Of a DNA stretch of 64,000 bases, positions 24,048 to 39,900 are shown piece by piece. How positions within the stretch are numbered: the stretch's first letter is position 1; each line of letters starts with the position of its first letter. The notes beneath the pieces were generated by a model. It had not been told where the DNA came from. It did not search any database and saw only the letters and a list, made by a program, of their open reading frames with translations. The stretch lies in the IMG/VR virus record IMGVR_UViG_3300045988_161343, one strand, 5' to 3'. The DNA comes from a virus. The position numbers were made by a program, and so were the translations under genes.

Positions 24048-27000
24048 TCTTTTTCTTTCTGCTTACCTTTTTTAACTTCCAAAGATGAAACAGATTTATA
24101 ATTAACTATTGCATAAGTAGGTCTAACAAATTCTACTTTAACAATCTCATCTTTCAAAGGATTTAAAATTAATTTATTAGTAGGTCCAATACGTACATGA
24201 GTACCAGGAGAACTAATATGATAATTACCAGTAGTTGCATCAAGATCATACTCTCTATAAAAAACTAAATCTGTATTAGCATCTGCTTCAATTTCGATAC
24301 TATCAATACCAGTAAAATTATATATAATTAATTGATCTGAACCATTCATCCAAGCATCAGTCTATTTATTTAAAGTTAATCCAGACAAAGGTCTATAATT
24401 TTCTAATAACTATGTACCAGTTATTAATAATTCTTCAATAGACTCTGTATCATCTTTAACTCTATTTAAAAATTCATTTATATCATTATACAATAAATCA
24501 AAAGTAGATTCAAGTTTTTCATCACTATAATTATTTAAAATAGAAGTATGTACTTTTTCTTTTATTATATCCATTAAATTTAATGTAGAATATAATCCAT
24601 AATTATATTTTTCATTAACTATCTAAGTATCATCATTTCTAAAGAACTAATGATTATCAAGAATATCTTGAGTATCAGTAAATACTCCACCAAGCTATCC
24701 CCATTGTGCAAATTCACGCTTAGCAACAGTCACCATTTTTAAGAAATCTTCTTCCTCTAAATCAACTATATAATTAATTAAAATAGGGCGAGTAAATTTT
24801 AAATACATACTATCAATAATGGCATCATCCAAATGATAAATACGACTGGGCATCATAGAAATTTCTTTACCATTTATTATCATAGTAATAATATTAGTCT
24901 AATTTTTTTCATATTCCTATAAAAGCTATTTACATCTTAATAATTCAACTGCATTAGTTAACTGACCTATCATAGTTGAACTAGTTTTATTTTTTAAATA
25001 TTCTATTTTATTTTTAAGATTTAGTTTAGGATACTATTCTACCCAAATCGCTTTTATTCTTCTTACTCGATATTTTCTATCTTCACTTATTTCTTGTTCT
25101 TCTTGAAGTTTTATTGCGTTACAAATGTTATCATAAGTAAGATTAAATTTATTATTATCAACTATAGATAATTTATTATTAGTAATTTCCTGTGCATATT
25201 TTCCATTAAATGTTCGAGCTACTTGCCCAATAACTGTTTTAGTTTTTGTACTAGCATTCTAAATTGCTAATTTAGAATTATTAGACAAAGTAGTTAATGG
25301 ATTTATCTAATATAAGATAATATTTTCTGGGGTACAATCAGCTACTTCATAAGCTGTTGAATTAAAATCATAAATCATACGATATAAAGAAGCTTGAGGA
25401 GTCCAAGTAACATTAGTTAAAGTAACTATATGATTTCCTTCAGTTGGTGACTTAAATAATTTATAACCACCATCATTTAAAAATTCTTCTACCCAATGTC
25501 TATATATACGTTCCATATATATATTATCATTAGTTGGATTAGTATTAAATGTAGAAGCATTTTGAATATTATATTGTCTTATATTATAATCATTGTTATA
25601 TGGATTCTATAAATCACGTTCAAAAGTTTTAATATATTTATCTTTTGAAATAACTATATCTCCATACCAACTATGATAATAACCACCTTTAGCATCATTA
25701 CGCATTAAAAAAGAAGAATCAATATCACTTAATAAAGAAATTTTTGCACCTAACTAAAATTCTGCATAATGTGCCAATCCATTACGCAAAATAATCGGAT
25801 ATTTAGAATTCAAGCTATCTTGCTTTTGGAATAAAGTAGTATGCTTATAACTATTCATTTTGCAATCAAAATCTAAACGAACTTGAATACCATTATTATA
25901 AATATAACTATACTAAAAATTAGACCAATGCGCTGGTGATGAATCAATATCATCACTTTCATATTTAGGGGCACTTCTTAATCCTACAGCATTCTATTTC
26001 TATAAAGCATATTTATATTTAACTCCACTTTCAACAGTAAAATCTTCATATAATAAAGTTAACTTATCATCATAATTAGTTTCATTATACCAATCAAATT
26101 GAGCTATATCTTTCCATTGAGTATAATTATCAGTTTCACAAGCTCTTGATAAAATAAAAGTACCATCAAGAGATTGATATTTTTCTACATCTATTTCACG
26201 TTCTACTTTTTCACCAGTAATAGTAGTAATAGTTATTTTTTCTTTTACTTCATAAGGATTATTTTTAATATAAATTTCTAAGCTGCCATTTTCATCAGCT
26301 CGCAAATTATGACTAAAATCTTCAATTGCTTTTATTCTAGTAATTTTACTTAATACATGAGTTTCTATATTATCTTCATTAATATTACCAGTTTGATAAA
26401 TTATATCTCCCGCATTATACCCATCTACATCATCATAATAACCTTTAATAAATTTAGGAGCCTATCCTTTTAATCCAAAATATTCCTTATACATCTAAAA
26501 AGCAACTTGATTTGCTCCGGCTATTTTATTTAATAATATGGTAGATTCAGTATTATCTTTTACTGTAAATACTAAAGTCTATAACTATTTTAAATAATTT
26601 TCAGTAATAGTAAAATTATAATATTCAGAAGATTTTTGATAATTATTCATTGTAATAACATCAAAAATCAATGAATACATTTTTGTTCCAGTCTAATCTA
26701 ATTGTCTATTAAAACTATAAGAGACTAAAGCACTATATTTATCTTTCCCTCCACCATTATACTATAGCCAATCGCTCTATAAATATGGCTCAGAACTTGG
26801 AGGATTCTTTGAATTAAAACTGCCTTCGTATAATCTAAAACGATATTTATCCAATGGTTCAGTATCGCTTTGATATCCTCCCTCAAATTTAGGGAAACGG
26901 CTATCTTCTACGTTATTACTTGATATTAAAATAAATCCTACATCTAATGAAGAAATATCTTTATTATTTAATATTTCTACAATTGGATCATCAATTGCTT

Positions 27001-27451
27001 TAGTAATTATAACATTGGACCATTCTGAAAAAGCTTCAGCTACAGTCTAAGATTTTTTCCATTTAAAAAATGAAATTTTATCTGTATAATCTATTTTCCC
27101 ATAGCCAAAACGTATCTAAATTTTATAATAAGTATTAGAAACCCAACCTATTGTATCTCCTAATTTAATATCTGAACTATTTACAGTAACTGTATATATT
27201 TCATTATCAGTAGAGGTAGTTGGCTTTTCCATATAAATAATACCATCCCAATATTTATCAGTATTAATTATACTTTTATTATTGGATTGCTATACAAATT
27301 TAATTGAGATATTCTTTACATCCTCATAATTTAATGATTTAGGTAAAGAAAAATTTATATTAATAGAGGCCGCAGTTGCTAAAAATGCTGGTATTGAACT
27401 ATCTACAATAGGCGGATATACTCTATTTATATTTATTGTGGACGCTGCCAT
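24023..27451 (-). CDS. large tail structural protein (about 1140 aa, many TAG)
   Basis: ATG 27451; ORFs 26000..26305, 25307..25516, 24695..24883, 24038..24349 share one phase; ends TGA overlapping the next start. Confidence 0.45.
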
Positions 27452-27536
27452 TTATTGACCTCCTTTAACTCTTATTTCTATTTATTTTTAAAAATTATAT
27501 ATTGTAAACATACTATTTTGGTCCAAATAAAAAAAA

Positions 27537-27564
27537 AGAATGATGGATAAAAATCCATCATTCT
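27537..27564. terminator. strong rho-independent terminator after the 1098-aa tail gene
   Basis: agaatgatggataaaaatccatcattct with A9 on the plus strand and T9 on the minus strand; the TGA stop lies in the stem. Confidence 0.6.
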
Positions 27565-30500
27565 TCAATATACCAATCACGTAATTTTATATTTTTAGGA
27601 GCAATATAATCAGATAACTATTGTTTTAAATCAGCATTTGTAGCTATCTCATTTAGCAATTTAGCTACTGTTAAAATATTAGTCACACTTTCTTCTTTTA
27701 ACTAAATAGAACCATCAACATTAAAACATAAAGCATCTCCTGCTAATTTTACAACTCCATCAGAACGCAAAATATTGGTAGGAATACCATCTATATCATA
27801 TTGATATAATCCTGAAACAAACCCTGAACTATCTAATTCTTCCGCTGGTTCTTCTTCAGCGTCTAAACTTAATGTCTAAATTTCTAAATCTTTTCCTGGA
27901 TCTTCGATAGGCAAGGTATATTTTCTACGTTTATTTTCCCACAAAGAACCTACATAAGTTTTACCTTCATCTCGTGCCCAAGGCCTACCATGAGAAAACC
28001 CTGGATCAAGAGGCTTTTCAGATTCTACATTATCTTCATCAAGTACAGGTATATTAGTACCATCATTATCTTCATCTGTTATAATAGTAATATCTTTATT
28101 ATTAAGCATTACTATTGGATAAAATAAACTACCTTTATTATCTGGCAAAAAAATCTATAATGCACCCATAGGAACTGTTTTTACTTGGTCAGTGGATTTA
28201 GCAAAATAAGCCCCTGGATAATTTTCTTGTGGTCTAAGGTATTGCTATTTTACATTATCAGAATTAGTAGAATTAACTATAATTATATAATCAGTAAGAG
28301 ACACTGGATTAGTAACCTATAATAAATCAATAAATTTTTTACCATCATATTTATACATAAAAGAAATCTATTTATTTATTAAAGAAGGAGTTCCCTTTTC
28401 ATTATAAGTAATTTTAGAAGGTATATTAATATTACCAATGCTATTAACTACAAAATTAGTACTAACCATTATAGGCTTGTAATAATATAAAGTCTAATTT
28501 GTAATAGCTTTATTCTCTAACCCTATAGTTACTTTAAATTTTATAAAATACTAACCCTTACAATCTTCAACTGGATTTGAAATTTTAAATACATTTTTTT
28601 CTTTATTTACTTTTTCACAATCTAAATTGATAGGATCTGCTTCAACAGTTATTTTATATTTATCTGTGACATTACCAACAGCATCCTAATAAGCAGAGCC
28701 ATTTATTATTTTATTACCATTATATCTTACTTCTGGCATGAGATAAATTGGTTCATAATCAGACCCACTTTTTTTATTAATAGGTTTAGTGTCAAGTTCA
28801 CTGCCATCAGCATTGCAATCTTTAATAATTAATTGATAATCTAAACCACTAACTGTTGAATCACCTGGCTTAATAAAAACAATACTTTTATTAAACTTAA
28901 ATTCTTTATCAGCTAATGTTATTACTTTTAATGATAAGGTATTATTAGTATAAGTATCTACATATTTAGGTTTAATATAATAATGTAAAGCATTATTAGT
29001 TTTATCTATCCAAAGCTTTGAAAGCATTGAATTAGTAATTTTAGTAGTAGGATATTCTAAAAGTTCTCCTCCATCGGGTGAATACCAAGTAACACTTTTA
29101 ACTCCTATATTTTCTTTATCTACGCTAATAGTTGGAGTAATAATTATTTCTTTATTTGCCTAATCTAAAGAAATACTACCATTGTCATCATACTAAAAAG
29201 TATCTGTCCCACTAAATACTACTCGCACAGGCGATTCTTGTTTATAAGTAATTAATTTATATTCACAAGGTACATAATCACCAGTATCTAATTTACTAAC
29301 ACTATAAAATATTACATTGCCATATTCTAAAAACTAACTTACATCGATCTAACTAACTCCAGTAGATAAAGGTAAATAAGATCCATCCATTAAATCAACA
29401 TACCAGTCTGCTTCATTAATAGTTTCTAATGAATCTACAATAGATAATTTAACTTCATTTTCACTAATAAATTGCGGAATTATAGTAAATCGTTCATTAT
29501 AATATTTAACTACTCTAACATCTTTATATAAAGTAACATTAGAATTATATACTACTACTAATTTATACCGCATCTATTGATATACATCTTTACCTGAAAT
29601 AGTTAATTCATTAAATCTTACATTAGGACTATCATTAATACATTCCCACCCAGGGCCGCCTATCTAATCATATTTTTCACTACCAGACAGAACTGCCGGA
29701 TTCTATTTATACCAATAACATTTGCAAGTTTTTTCTTCTAATATATTTTTATTAGCATAATAAAAAACACCTATTAATTTTATTTTATCGGTATCTTGAA
29801 TTAATGATAAACCCTATGGCGCGCTAATACCTACATAATATAAATCTTTAGTAGAATCTTGGACATCAACAAAACTAAGTTTTATATTTTTGACAAAAAG
29901 ATTAGGTTCTTTATCATAAACCGCAGTTATCTCACCTTTACCGTTAAAAACAGTATCATATCTTAAAAATCTTTCTTGAAAAAATGTAATTTTTTTTATG
30001 CCAATTAAATTAATTCCAGTTAAATCATAAATTACATACTATGGTGAAAATACTTCATAATCGTAAATACTACCAGAGAAATTTATAATATCTAATCTAC
30101 GACTAAAAACAATACCTGTATCTTTTTCTACAAAATCAATTTTTAATCCATAATTACCAGCCATCATTGTTCCATAAAACTATGTTCTAAAATCGGCCTA
30201 AATCATAATACGAGGATAAGTAGTTAATAAACTGGTAAAAATTACATCTACAGTGAGATTATCATTTTCATAAATTACCTATTCATAATATTTACTTTTA
30301 TCTTCTTCCTCTTCTATCGGTTCTTTACTATCTTCAGCCTAAGTATTAGTTGCAGTACCTTCTTTTGTATCATTTGATGAATTATCTTTATCATCTTTTG
30401 GAGTTTCTTCTTCTTCCTTTTTAGGTTCTGGGGCATAAGCTAAGATACCATATTCATTACCATTACTATATATTTCACTTATTTCAACTACTTGCTAAGA

Positions 30501-30854
30501 TAAATCGCTATATTCTTCTTCTGTATAAGAAGTAGCAGATGCTTTGCCTTCAATAGTTTTTTTCTAAGTAAAATCACCGCCTGGTACTTTTACATATACA
30601 TTAGTTCCTTTAGAATATACATAAGTTAATGTAGCTGGGGCATAAGCACGGAATTTACCTTTTTGATATTCAACAAAATACTCTCCAGTACTGGCATCAT
30701 TTAGACTTATAACTTCAGCAATTATAGTTTTATCAAAAGACAACTCAGCATCACGTGCCCGTGCTATATAATCTATAGTCTCTAATAAGGCATCTGTTAT
30801 TTCTTTTGGCTTTTTTATAGTAGCTAAATATTCTTCTTTTCTATTATAAGCCAT
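27558..30854 (-). CDS. tail protein (1098 aa, about 30 TAG), first gene after the tape measure (distal-tail / tail-tip candidate)
   Basis: ATG 30854 with RBS; ORFs 30564..30854, 29349..29573, 28686..29027, 27876..28148 share one phase; TGA stop at 27558-27560. Confidence 0.45.
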
Positions 30855-30877
30855 ATTAACTCCTTTCTCTCTTCAAA

Positions 30878-30905
30878 AATGAGGAGGAAATTAATCCTCC
30901 TCATT
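30878..30905. terminator. hairpin between the tape-measure gene and the next tail gene
   Basis: aatgaggaggaaattaatcctcctcatt, then RBS and ATG of next gene. Confidence 0.4.
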
Positions 30906-33900
30906 TAGATTTATTTGCACTTATATATTGAGCCGCATTATTACTAAGATTAGACAATGCTTCTTCAATTTCATAATGATCAGTAACTCCTGGGAAGTCT
31001 GCTTGAATAGTAACTTCTTGCTTAATTGGCTAAGTTTCATAAACAGGTGGAGTAGTTTTATCAATTAAATTACCCAACTTTATCTATCCAAAATTAATCA
31101 TTGATTGCACTTGTTTATCAACCCAATCATTCATATTACGAACAATATCAACTGCACGAAGTATATTAGAAGTATCTTTTTGGTTAAGAATTAATTCTTT
31201 AGGATGGACTTTAATAATTTTACCATTATCAAGTCCAAAACCTTGTCCTTTAGCCCAATTACCAGTATAAGCACCAGAAGCAGCACCATTTCCGTTTAAA
31301 ATATCATCTAACCATTTTTCATCTTTTTCGCTAGTAATCTATTTCATTTCGTCTTTAGTCCAATAATCAGTACTAGAATCATTCTTTAATTCTTGACCCT
31401 CATTACGCATATTATCTAATTTTTCATTACGGGCTGTAACTACATCATCAATACTCGTCCAAACGTTACCATTTTTATCAACAACAGTACTTTCCCCATT
31501 CTTCATACGAATAGCAATAGCACTTAAATCAACACCAACTAAATTTCTAGCACCACTTCCGCCGCCACTACTGCCAAAGTTACCATCAATATACTATTCA
31601 TTCTTAGCTAACTCTTCATCAGTCCGCTTAGAATATTTCTATTCCCAATCAAGAACCATTCCAATAGACTAAGAAATATAGCCCATTAATACATTAACAA
31701 GCTCTTCAATTTCATCACACAATTTTTGAATATGTTCTTCAAGACTATCAAGAGTACCGCCCATATCAGAACCAAAGTTTTCCCAAGATGTACCAGCAAC
31801 ATTCATTGCTGCTTCAACAACTTTTTGCCAATCTTTATAATTGGTTTGTAATTCACTAATTGTAGTATTAGAATTATTAACAAATAACATATAAGCATCA
31901 TTATAATCATACAAATCAGTCATTTGGCCGTAGAGAGTATCATGGAATGTTAATCCACTATTTACAACACCTTTATTTAATTCATCAAGTAAATATCTTT
32001 GTCTTTCAACATAATATTCTTGTAATGATAATAACTAATTTGAATAATCAGCAGAATTCTTGTCAAGATCTTGTAATGCTTCTTTAAAATCAATTTGATT
32101 CTAAATTAACTATTCACTTACATCATTAATATAATCTTTGCTAAGCTATCCTAATTCATGAACAGCATCTTCATATTTCTATGTAGCATCTTCAATTTTT
32201 TCTTCATCTGCATCATAAGCATAAGTCCAGTTGCCTGCGGCATCACGCACTAAACGCATTGAAGTTTTGGAATTTTGTTGCTCCATAAGAGCTATTTCAG
32301 CAAGTTGTAAGTCATATTTCTTCTACAAATACTCAAGGTCATATTGGCTCATCTGGACGCCATCGGCCTGAAGATCGTGAATCTCTTGCTAAATGTCTCT
32401 AAGTTTTTGTTTAGCTAAAAGGTCATTAGTATCAGCCAGCTATAAATTTAGCTAACGATTTAATTTATTTAATTCATATAAGCGTTCGGCATCATCAAGA
32501 TATTCTTCATTGATAGTTTTTGCTTTTTCGTATTTGTCTTGGAAATCTTCAAGAGTTTCAAATGGTGATAATGCATTACTTAATACATTAACGGCCATTT
32601 CAACACGCATTTCAAATAAATCTTGAGCAGCTTCAAGTGTTTCTTCCCAAGAAGCTAAAAATTCGTCAGAAGCTTTTTCAGTTTCTTGTTTTAATACTTC
32701 AACTTGATTCTCCCAGAATTTAACAGAAGATGTATCACCATCAGCCTGACGATCAGCAAGTGCAGCCTATGCCTCTTTAGTTGCTTTAGCCAAACCATCC
32801 ATTTGTGCTTTTAAGGATTTCATTTTGCCTAACATTGTTTCTACCTTAGTAGCGCCAATCTAAGTTTTTAATCCCATATCAAGCATTGAACGGCCAGACA
32901 AATCAATAATATTATTAAGATGGTCAAGCATTGATGTATAAGTATCAAGACGTTCTATCTACTTATCAATTTCATCAAGGGCTAAGTCTAGAACATTCTA
33001 AACTAAATCTTCAATATCATTACGCAAGTCTAGAATAGCTTCATTAACATCTATCAAATCACTTTGATATTCAAGTATCTATTCATCGAACATTTGTTCA
33101 TAACCTGGATACTTAGCTTTCGCGGCGTTCAACTAATCAATACCCTAACGTAATGTAGCACCTTTATCAAAGAGCTATAACATTTCTTGCTCTTGGTAAG
33201 CAAATCCTTCAAGCATTGCTTCAATAGTTTGTTTATTACCATGGGCCTATTTAAGAAGTTTTTCTTGATAATAATTAAGACGTTTAATCTAATAATCAAT
33301 CTATTTAACTTTCCAATCAATAGCTTTTGTAATGGCTTCGAGTTCAAGTTCAGCAGCTTCTTTTTCTTTCTGAGCGATAAGAGCGACATTTTCATCAATG
33401 TTCTATTGAATACCCATAGGACCATCAAGACTATCTTTGATTTTAGTAAACCATTCATTCAGGTCTTCTTCACTCATGCCATCTTCAAGATTTTTTTGAT
33501 ACTAAGCCCAAACTTTACCCCATAGCTCAGAAGCATTAGCAATTTCACCATCATCAGTAAGTTTTATTTCAAACTCTGGATGCTCTTTATTAAATTCTTC
33601 TACTTTAAGTTTTAATAATTTTTTCCAAGATTTAATCTAATCTTCAAGAATATCTTGCTCTTCTTTTAATAATTTTATTTCTTCTTGAATATATTTAGCA
33701 GAGTCTTCAGGATTAGCTCCATCACGTAAAGCTTCAAGACGATCACGCTTCTTTTCTTTGGTTTTTAATAGTTCATCTTGAATTTCTTTACCAATATCAT
33801 TAGCGGATTTAGATTCAGAGCCGCCTCCGCCTCCTCCACCGCCTTTACTACCATCTTCAGTAGTTAAATATTTTCCACCGTCTCCTTGAGTGACAATAGA

Positions 33901-36900
33901 ATTTTCAGAAGCAACAGAAACTATATCACCAATTTGACTCTTTAAATTTCTTAATTTAGCAGCGTCATCAGATGTAAGTTCACTAATATCTTTACCACCC
34001 ATAATATCAGCCATCTGAGCAAAACATTCTAATAATTGCTATAGCTAATCAGTAGTGAAATGAATGCCTACTTGGCCCATAGCATTAATCCATCCGCACA
34101 TTTCTTCTAAAGAACCACTGATAGGAGTTATGGCAGCTAAAGCCTAAGAACCATCTGCTGTAATTCTACCATTAACTACAAATCCATCGTTCTAAGATAA
34201 AAGATTAGTTATTTCAGTTAATTTAGATTGAGCTTCAGTATATAATGTTGAAAAATCTAATTTTCCCGCAGATTCATTTATTTTTTCGATTAAACCACTA
34301 TCTACCTGAGAAAACATATCTAAGACTTGACCAGCTAAAGCTGCTTCATCATCATTACCCCATAAAAATTTTTCTATTAATGGTTGATTCATCTAATAAT
34401 CTGATTCAGAAAAATTAAATAAATCTTTTACTTTTTGTTTTAAATCAGCTTCTACTTCAGCAGTATCTTCACCTTCATCACGCAGCTCTTTATATTTTGT
34501 TTTTAATTCACTAATTTCTTTGGTAGCTTCTTTTATTTCATTATTACGTAAAGCATTATATAAATTATTAATAGCTTTTTGGGCGGCATTAGCATTATCT
34601 CCAGCCTACTCCATTTCATAATTATACTAATTTAAAGCTTCAGTATTACCTTCAATATCTTGATTTTTAGCAGCCCAACTTACTAAACCTTGCTAGCTAG
34701 CCTCATCCCCTAAATTAAAGCCTGTCATTTGATTCATTTCTTTTACTGAATTAGCATCAGTATAAGCATTAGTTCTTAATAAATCAGCATTATATGATCC
34801 ATCAATATTAGCCATATAAGCATCTATTATTCCTTGAATAATACCAGCCTAAGTAGCTGAGTCCTAACGTTTATAAAAATCTAAATCATAATTACCGGTT
34901 TCATCAGTACCAACTAATTTTGCTATTTCTTCAGGACTACCAAAAATATCTAGCATTTGCTACATATAACGGCCTCGAATATCTGTAAAATCTCCTGCAG
35001 CCATAGCTTCTAAGTTATTAGCATAATCATGTCCATTAATACCAATTCTAGTACCTAAATTAAACTAATTATTCCAATTTTCCTAAGCAGTTTCTGCAAC
35101 ATTATGCTATTCCTCAGCTCTATCTATTCCAGCCTAAGTTAAAGCATTTTTAGCAGCAGTATCAAAATCTTTAATTTTTACATAGGTATCCGGGCCAGTC
35201 TAAACATAATAATCTTCAGGATTTAATCCAGCAGCTTTAAAACCTTTAGTAATTTCATCATATTTTTCTTGAGTAATAGAACTACCAACTTCTTGACCCA
35301 TCAAATTAAAGATTTCAATTAACAAATCTCTAAAAGTAGTAAAATCTTCTATAGGCAATTTATTATTAGCAGTTTCTTGCATCATATCATAGAAGCCTTT
35401 CCAAGCTCCTTCATCATCTGATACAACAATACCTAAATCTTCTAGAGTATCAATAAATTCTTCCCAAGTTCCAGAAGACCAATCAAAATCAGCTATTTTA
35501 TTTAGCTAATCAAAAGTCAAATCTTTTCCTGCTGCATTAATAGCTTCAGTGAATGCTGCTACTCCATCTTTACCAGCTACTTTAAATATATCTTCAGCAA
35601 TCTAAGAAATACGAGATTTTAATGAAACACTGTATCCCTCAAATTCATCTATTGCCTTTGATATATCATCTTTATCTTCCAGACTTAATATATATTTAAA
35701 AGCTTTTTTATTACTTATATCTTCAATATTAGTAATCTAATGCGATGCTTCTTCTACTATAGCTTCACCTAATTCTTTACCGCTAGTTACGCCTAATTCT
35801 TTCATCATATTAGACATATATGATTTTACAGTTTCTTGCTATTCAGGCTCTAATATATTAAAATCTTTACCAAATAAACTCTATCCAATTAAATTCTATA
35901 AATCTTCATCTTCAAAGCCTTTTTCTATATTTGTTTTTAACTATTTAAGCTAATCTTGAGTAAAATTACTTAAATCACCATCATTGCCAAAAAATTCTAA
36001 AATACCTTGACCTATAATTCCTTGATTACTCATACCAGTCTAGAATTTTTGAGCCATAGCATAAGTAGTCTAAAGTTCTTCTCCCATAGCCTACATAGTA
36101 GCTATTTCAGTAGCAACTTTTGAGAATGATATAGTTTTTCCATTCTCTAATTGGAATGACCTATTCTAACCTTTACCAATTACAGAATTTTTCTAGTCTA
36201 ATTTATATTCGCTATCATTTTTATCAATTTTAGCTGCCTCTAAATAAGCATCCCATAAATTGCGTAAAGCTTGATCTCCTTTGCCAGCTCCACCAGCATT
36301 TTCATCGTGAGTTCCTATTTCTCGGTCTTTACCAGTGCCGTCATTCCAACTAATAGTTCCATTGTCATTATAAAAGCTATTTTTAATAGCTTCAATATTA
36401 GCATCTACTAAAGCAGTAGTTATTTTAGCATCTTCAGTAGACATAGTATCTAATCCAAGAGCCTATTGGACTGAAGCTTCTTTCGTAACCTATAATGTAG
36501 CATCAGTATTTGCTTGTATTACTTTTGAGACATTAGATATAGCAGCTTGAACATCATCAGTATTAAATTTATCTGCGATTTTCTAAGCATAATCATTTAA
36601 AGTCGTATTGTCATTGAGAGTTTCAAATCCGTTATTTTTTAATGCCTATTCGATAATACTAACTTGTTCTTCCTAACTTTTATTCTATAAATTTTCCTAA
36701 TTATTCAAAATTAAATCTGCTATACCTGGCATTACTGAAGTATATTGTCCATTTTTTGTTAATCCTCCAGTTGTAGTGCCACTCTAAATATTAAGAACAC
36801 CCTAAAGATTACTTGTTAAGTTCTATTTAGCTTTTTCAATATTTAAGTCTTCTAAATTGCTTTGTTCATTAGCTAGAGCATATTGCTATTGAAGAATCTA

Positions 36901-39900
36901 TTTATCATAAATAGACTATAATTTATCAACAGCACTTTGGTCTATCCAAATTTCACCAGTATCTTTCTTACCCCAAGCACCTTCCATATTCTTTAGCTCA
37001 GGATAAGTATTTAAAATATTAAGAGCTTCTTCATTAGCTTTAGTTAACTATGCACGCCATTCTTTAGTACCAACAGTACATTCATCTAAAGCAGATTTAA
37101 CAGAGCTATAACTATCAAATACTGATTTTAACTATTCAGCTTTATTCTTTGTTTCTTCTAACTAACTTTTAAAACTCTCAACAGCCTATTCAGAACGTTC
37201 AATTTGTTTTTCTATAGTAAAAGACTAAGCTGTATTATATACTTTAACCAATACAGCAATGGCAGCAACTACTGCTCCAATTATTAAAGCATATTTACCC
37301 AAAACAAGTAAAGATTTAGTAAACATTGCATGAGTTGCCGCACCACTAGCCGCTAATTGCTATTCAGCAGTTCCTGCAGAACCAGCAGCTACTCCTAATT
37401 CTTTAAGCTTGGCGGTATAAGCATCAAGACCAGTTTGCATAATTTTAGCTCTAAATCCAGAGCTATTCTCTATCTTTGTCTTTAAAGCTGCCTATAAATC
37501 AGAACCCTATAAAGACCCTCCTAAACCAGTCATTATTGATAAAATATTAGTACCTAGTCCCTTCCAATTAGTTCCAATTTCTTTTAATCCACTAGCTAAC
37601 TAATTTACTCCATTAATTAAAGAAGGAATAGCAAAACTGGCCGAAGTAATACTCTAAGTTAATTTTTCTCCAAAATCTAATTCGCTATTATTTAAAGTAT
37701 CAAACATTCCTTTTAAGCTATTAATTCCAATGCCTAATTGAGAAATACCCTAAAAACTAGAAACTAATCCTTGAGAAAAACTATATATAGATCCTTGACT
37801 AGCTTTTAATTCTGCGTTAAAAGCTTCAATAGCACTCTCATATTTTTCAACCGCTCCTTTGTTCTACAAAAGAGCCTCTTTCTCATTTACGTAATCTGTA
37901 AGACACTATCTTAAAGCATTAGACTAAGCTTTTGTTAATTTTTCTGCTTTAATTTTCTAATTAACATAATTATCAATTTCAAGATTAACGTCTCTTAAAT
38001 TATTAACTTCAGCTAATATATCTTTTCTAAGAGTACCTTTAGCACCATTACTTAGATTAGAATTGTTACCCTATTGAATTAACTAATTTAATTTACTATA
38101 TCTTTGATTATTTAAATCTAATTGACCAAATTGAGAAATAAAATCTTTAAAAGAACCATTTGAATTAATTTTTAAAGACTTTAAATCTTGCATTGTTTTA
38201 TCATTATAAAAATTATCAACAATCTTTTGGCCTTTTTTTAAGTTATTGTCAAAATAAATTACGCCCTTATCTCCACCAAATTTTTTATTATTATCTTCAA
38301 AAATTGTATTGCGAGCATTACGTAAATTGTTATTACTCTAAGTTTGTTGAGCTTCTATGCTTTTTTTAGATTCTATAGCTATTTGTCCATAAGCCTAAGA
38401 AATTTTTAATAATGTCTATAATCTTAATTTATCTGTTTCATTTAACTAATTATTTGCTAGCTATAAATCATAAGAAGCCTCTGCAGCTTTAACCATTGTA
38501 GTTGTTTCTAATTCAACTGAGCCCTATTTTGTTAAATCAGGTTTTTCTTCATAAGTTGTAAAGGTCTTTAAAACATTTATCATCTACTGCTTCATAACCG
38601 CAGCCTAATTTTCAGCAGCTCCGCTGTCAATAAACAAATTGGAAGCCATACGCTGCATATTATTTACAATATCAGGACCGAAGCTTTTTAGCATTAAAGT
38701 AGAAATAACACTTAATACACCAGGCAATCCGCCTAATGAATCAATCAATTTGCTTGTAATATTTAATGTATCACTTAATGTATCATTTAATCCGATAAAA
38801 AATTTATCACTAACTAATTGCTTATAAATTTCTTCAAGAGAAGCTTGTACTCGCTTTTTAGAAGCTTCCCAACTTTCAGCATAAATATCAGCTTGTTCTT
38901 GTAAAGTACCTTCAGAATTTTTAGCCACTCCAACTAGCTCTTTAAAATAATCTTTATTCTCCATAAGATTAACTAATTGAGTGTATTGACGAACACCACC
39001 AACAGTCTATGCAAGAGCCACTTGTTCAGCACGACTTAAACTATCCCACTTATTCATCATTTCATCAAGGATAGTATTCATATCTTTTAACTCACCCTAT
39101 TGATCTTTAATACTAATACCAACTTTTTCAAGGGCTTTAGAATATTTATTTAAATCAGTACCATCTTCAAGAGTTTCTCCAAGAGTCAGACCCTAAATAC
39201 GTGCAAATAAGGTTTTAAGGCTATTACCTACTGTATTCGCACTTTCACGTGTTTTAGCAGTTAATGTAGCTAATGCAGATGTAGCATATTCATAACTAAG
39301 ACCAATAGTATTAGCAACAGATGCGAATTTCTATATACCTTCTGAAATTTCATCAGTACTAGAAGCAGTATACGCACCAAGTTTAGTCATTACATCTGCA
39401 TAATACTCCAGAGATTTGCTACCATCATAGAAGTTATTCCAAACAGCAGTTAACTAATCAGATACTTTAGAAGCACTTTCACCTGCGGCGTTAGCCATTT
39501 TAATAGTAACTTCAGTACGATCAGTAACTTCTTTATCACTTAAACCCTATTGATAATAAATTAAAGAAGCATTAGTATAATTAGTAGTAGTTGTACTTAA
39601 TGCTTGAGCAGCCTTATTAGCTTTTTCAGCAAACTCAGCCATCTAATCATTATTCTATCCAGTAACTATACGAATATCATTTAATGATCTATTTAAATCT
39701 TCTGCATAATAGTAAGCTTTCTATAAAGAACCCTATACTCCATGCATTAAGTTAGATGAAATTTGCCATTTGGCTGTATTAGCTAATGTCTTTTTAAAAT
39801 TATCTAATATAGCGTTAGTTCTTTTTAAAGGAACTTCAGCATTAATAACAGACTATGCTAATGCAACAAATGCTTTATCACCTGTTGGGCCTAGATTCTC

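Noticed and set aside
33129-33525. ORF-track entries 33129..33458 (-) and 33187..33525 (+)
   Set aside because: They lie inside the tape-measure gene in the wrong phase or on the antisense strand, with low-complexity Lys/Leu translations.
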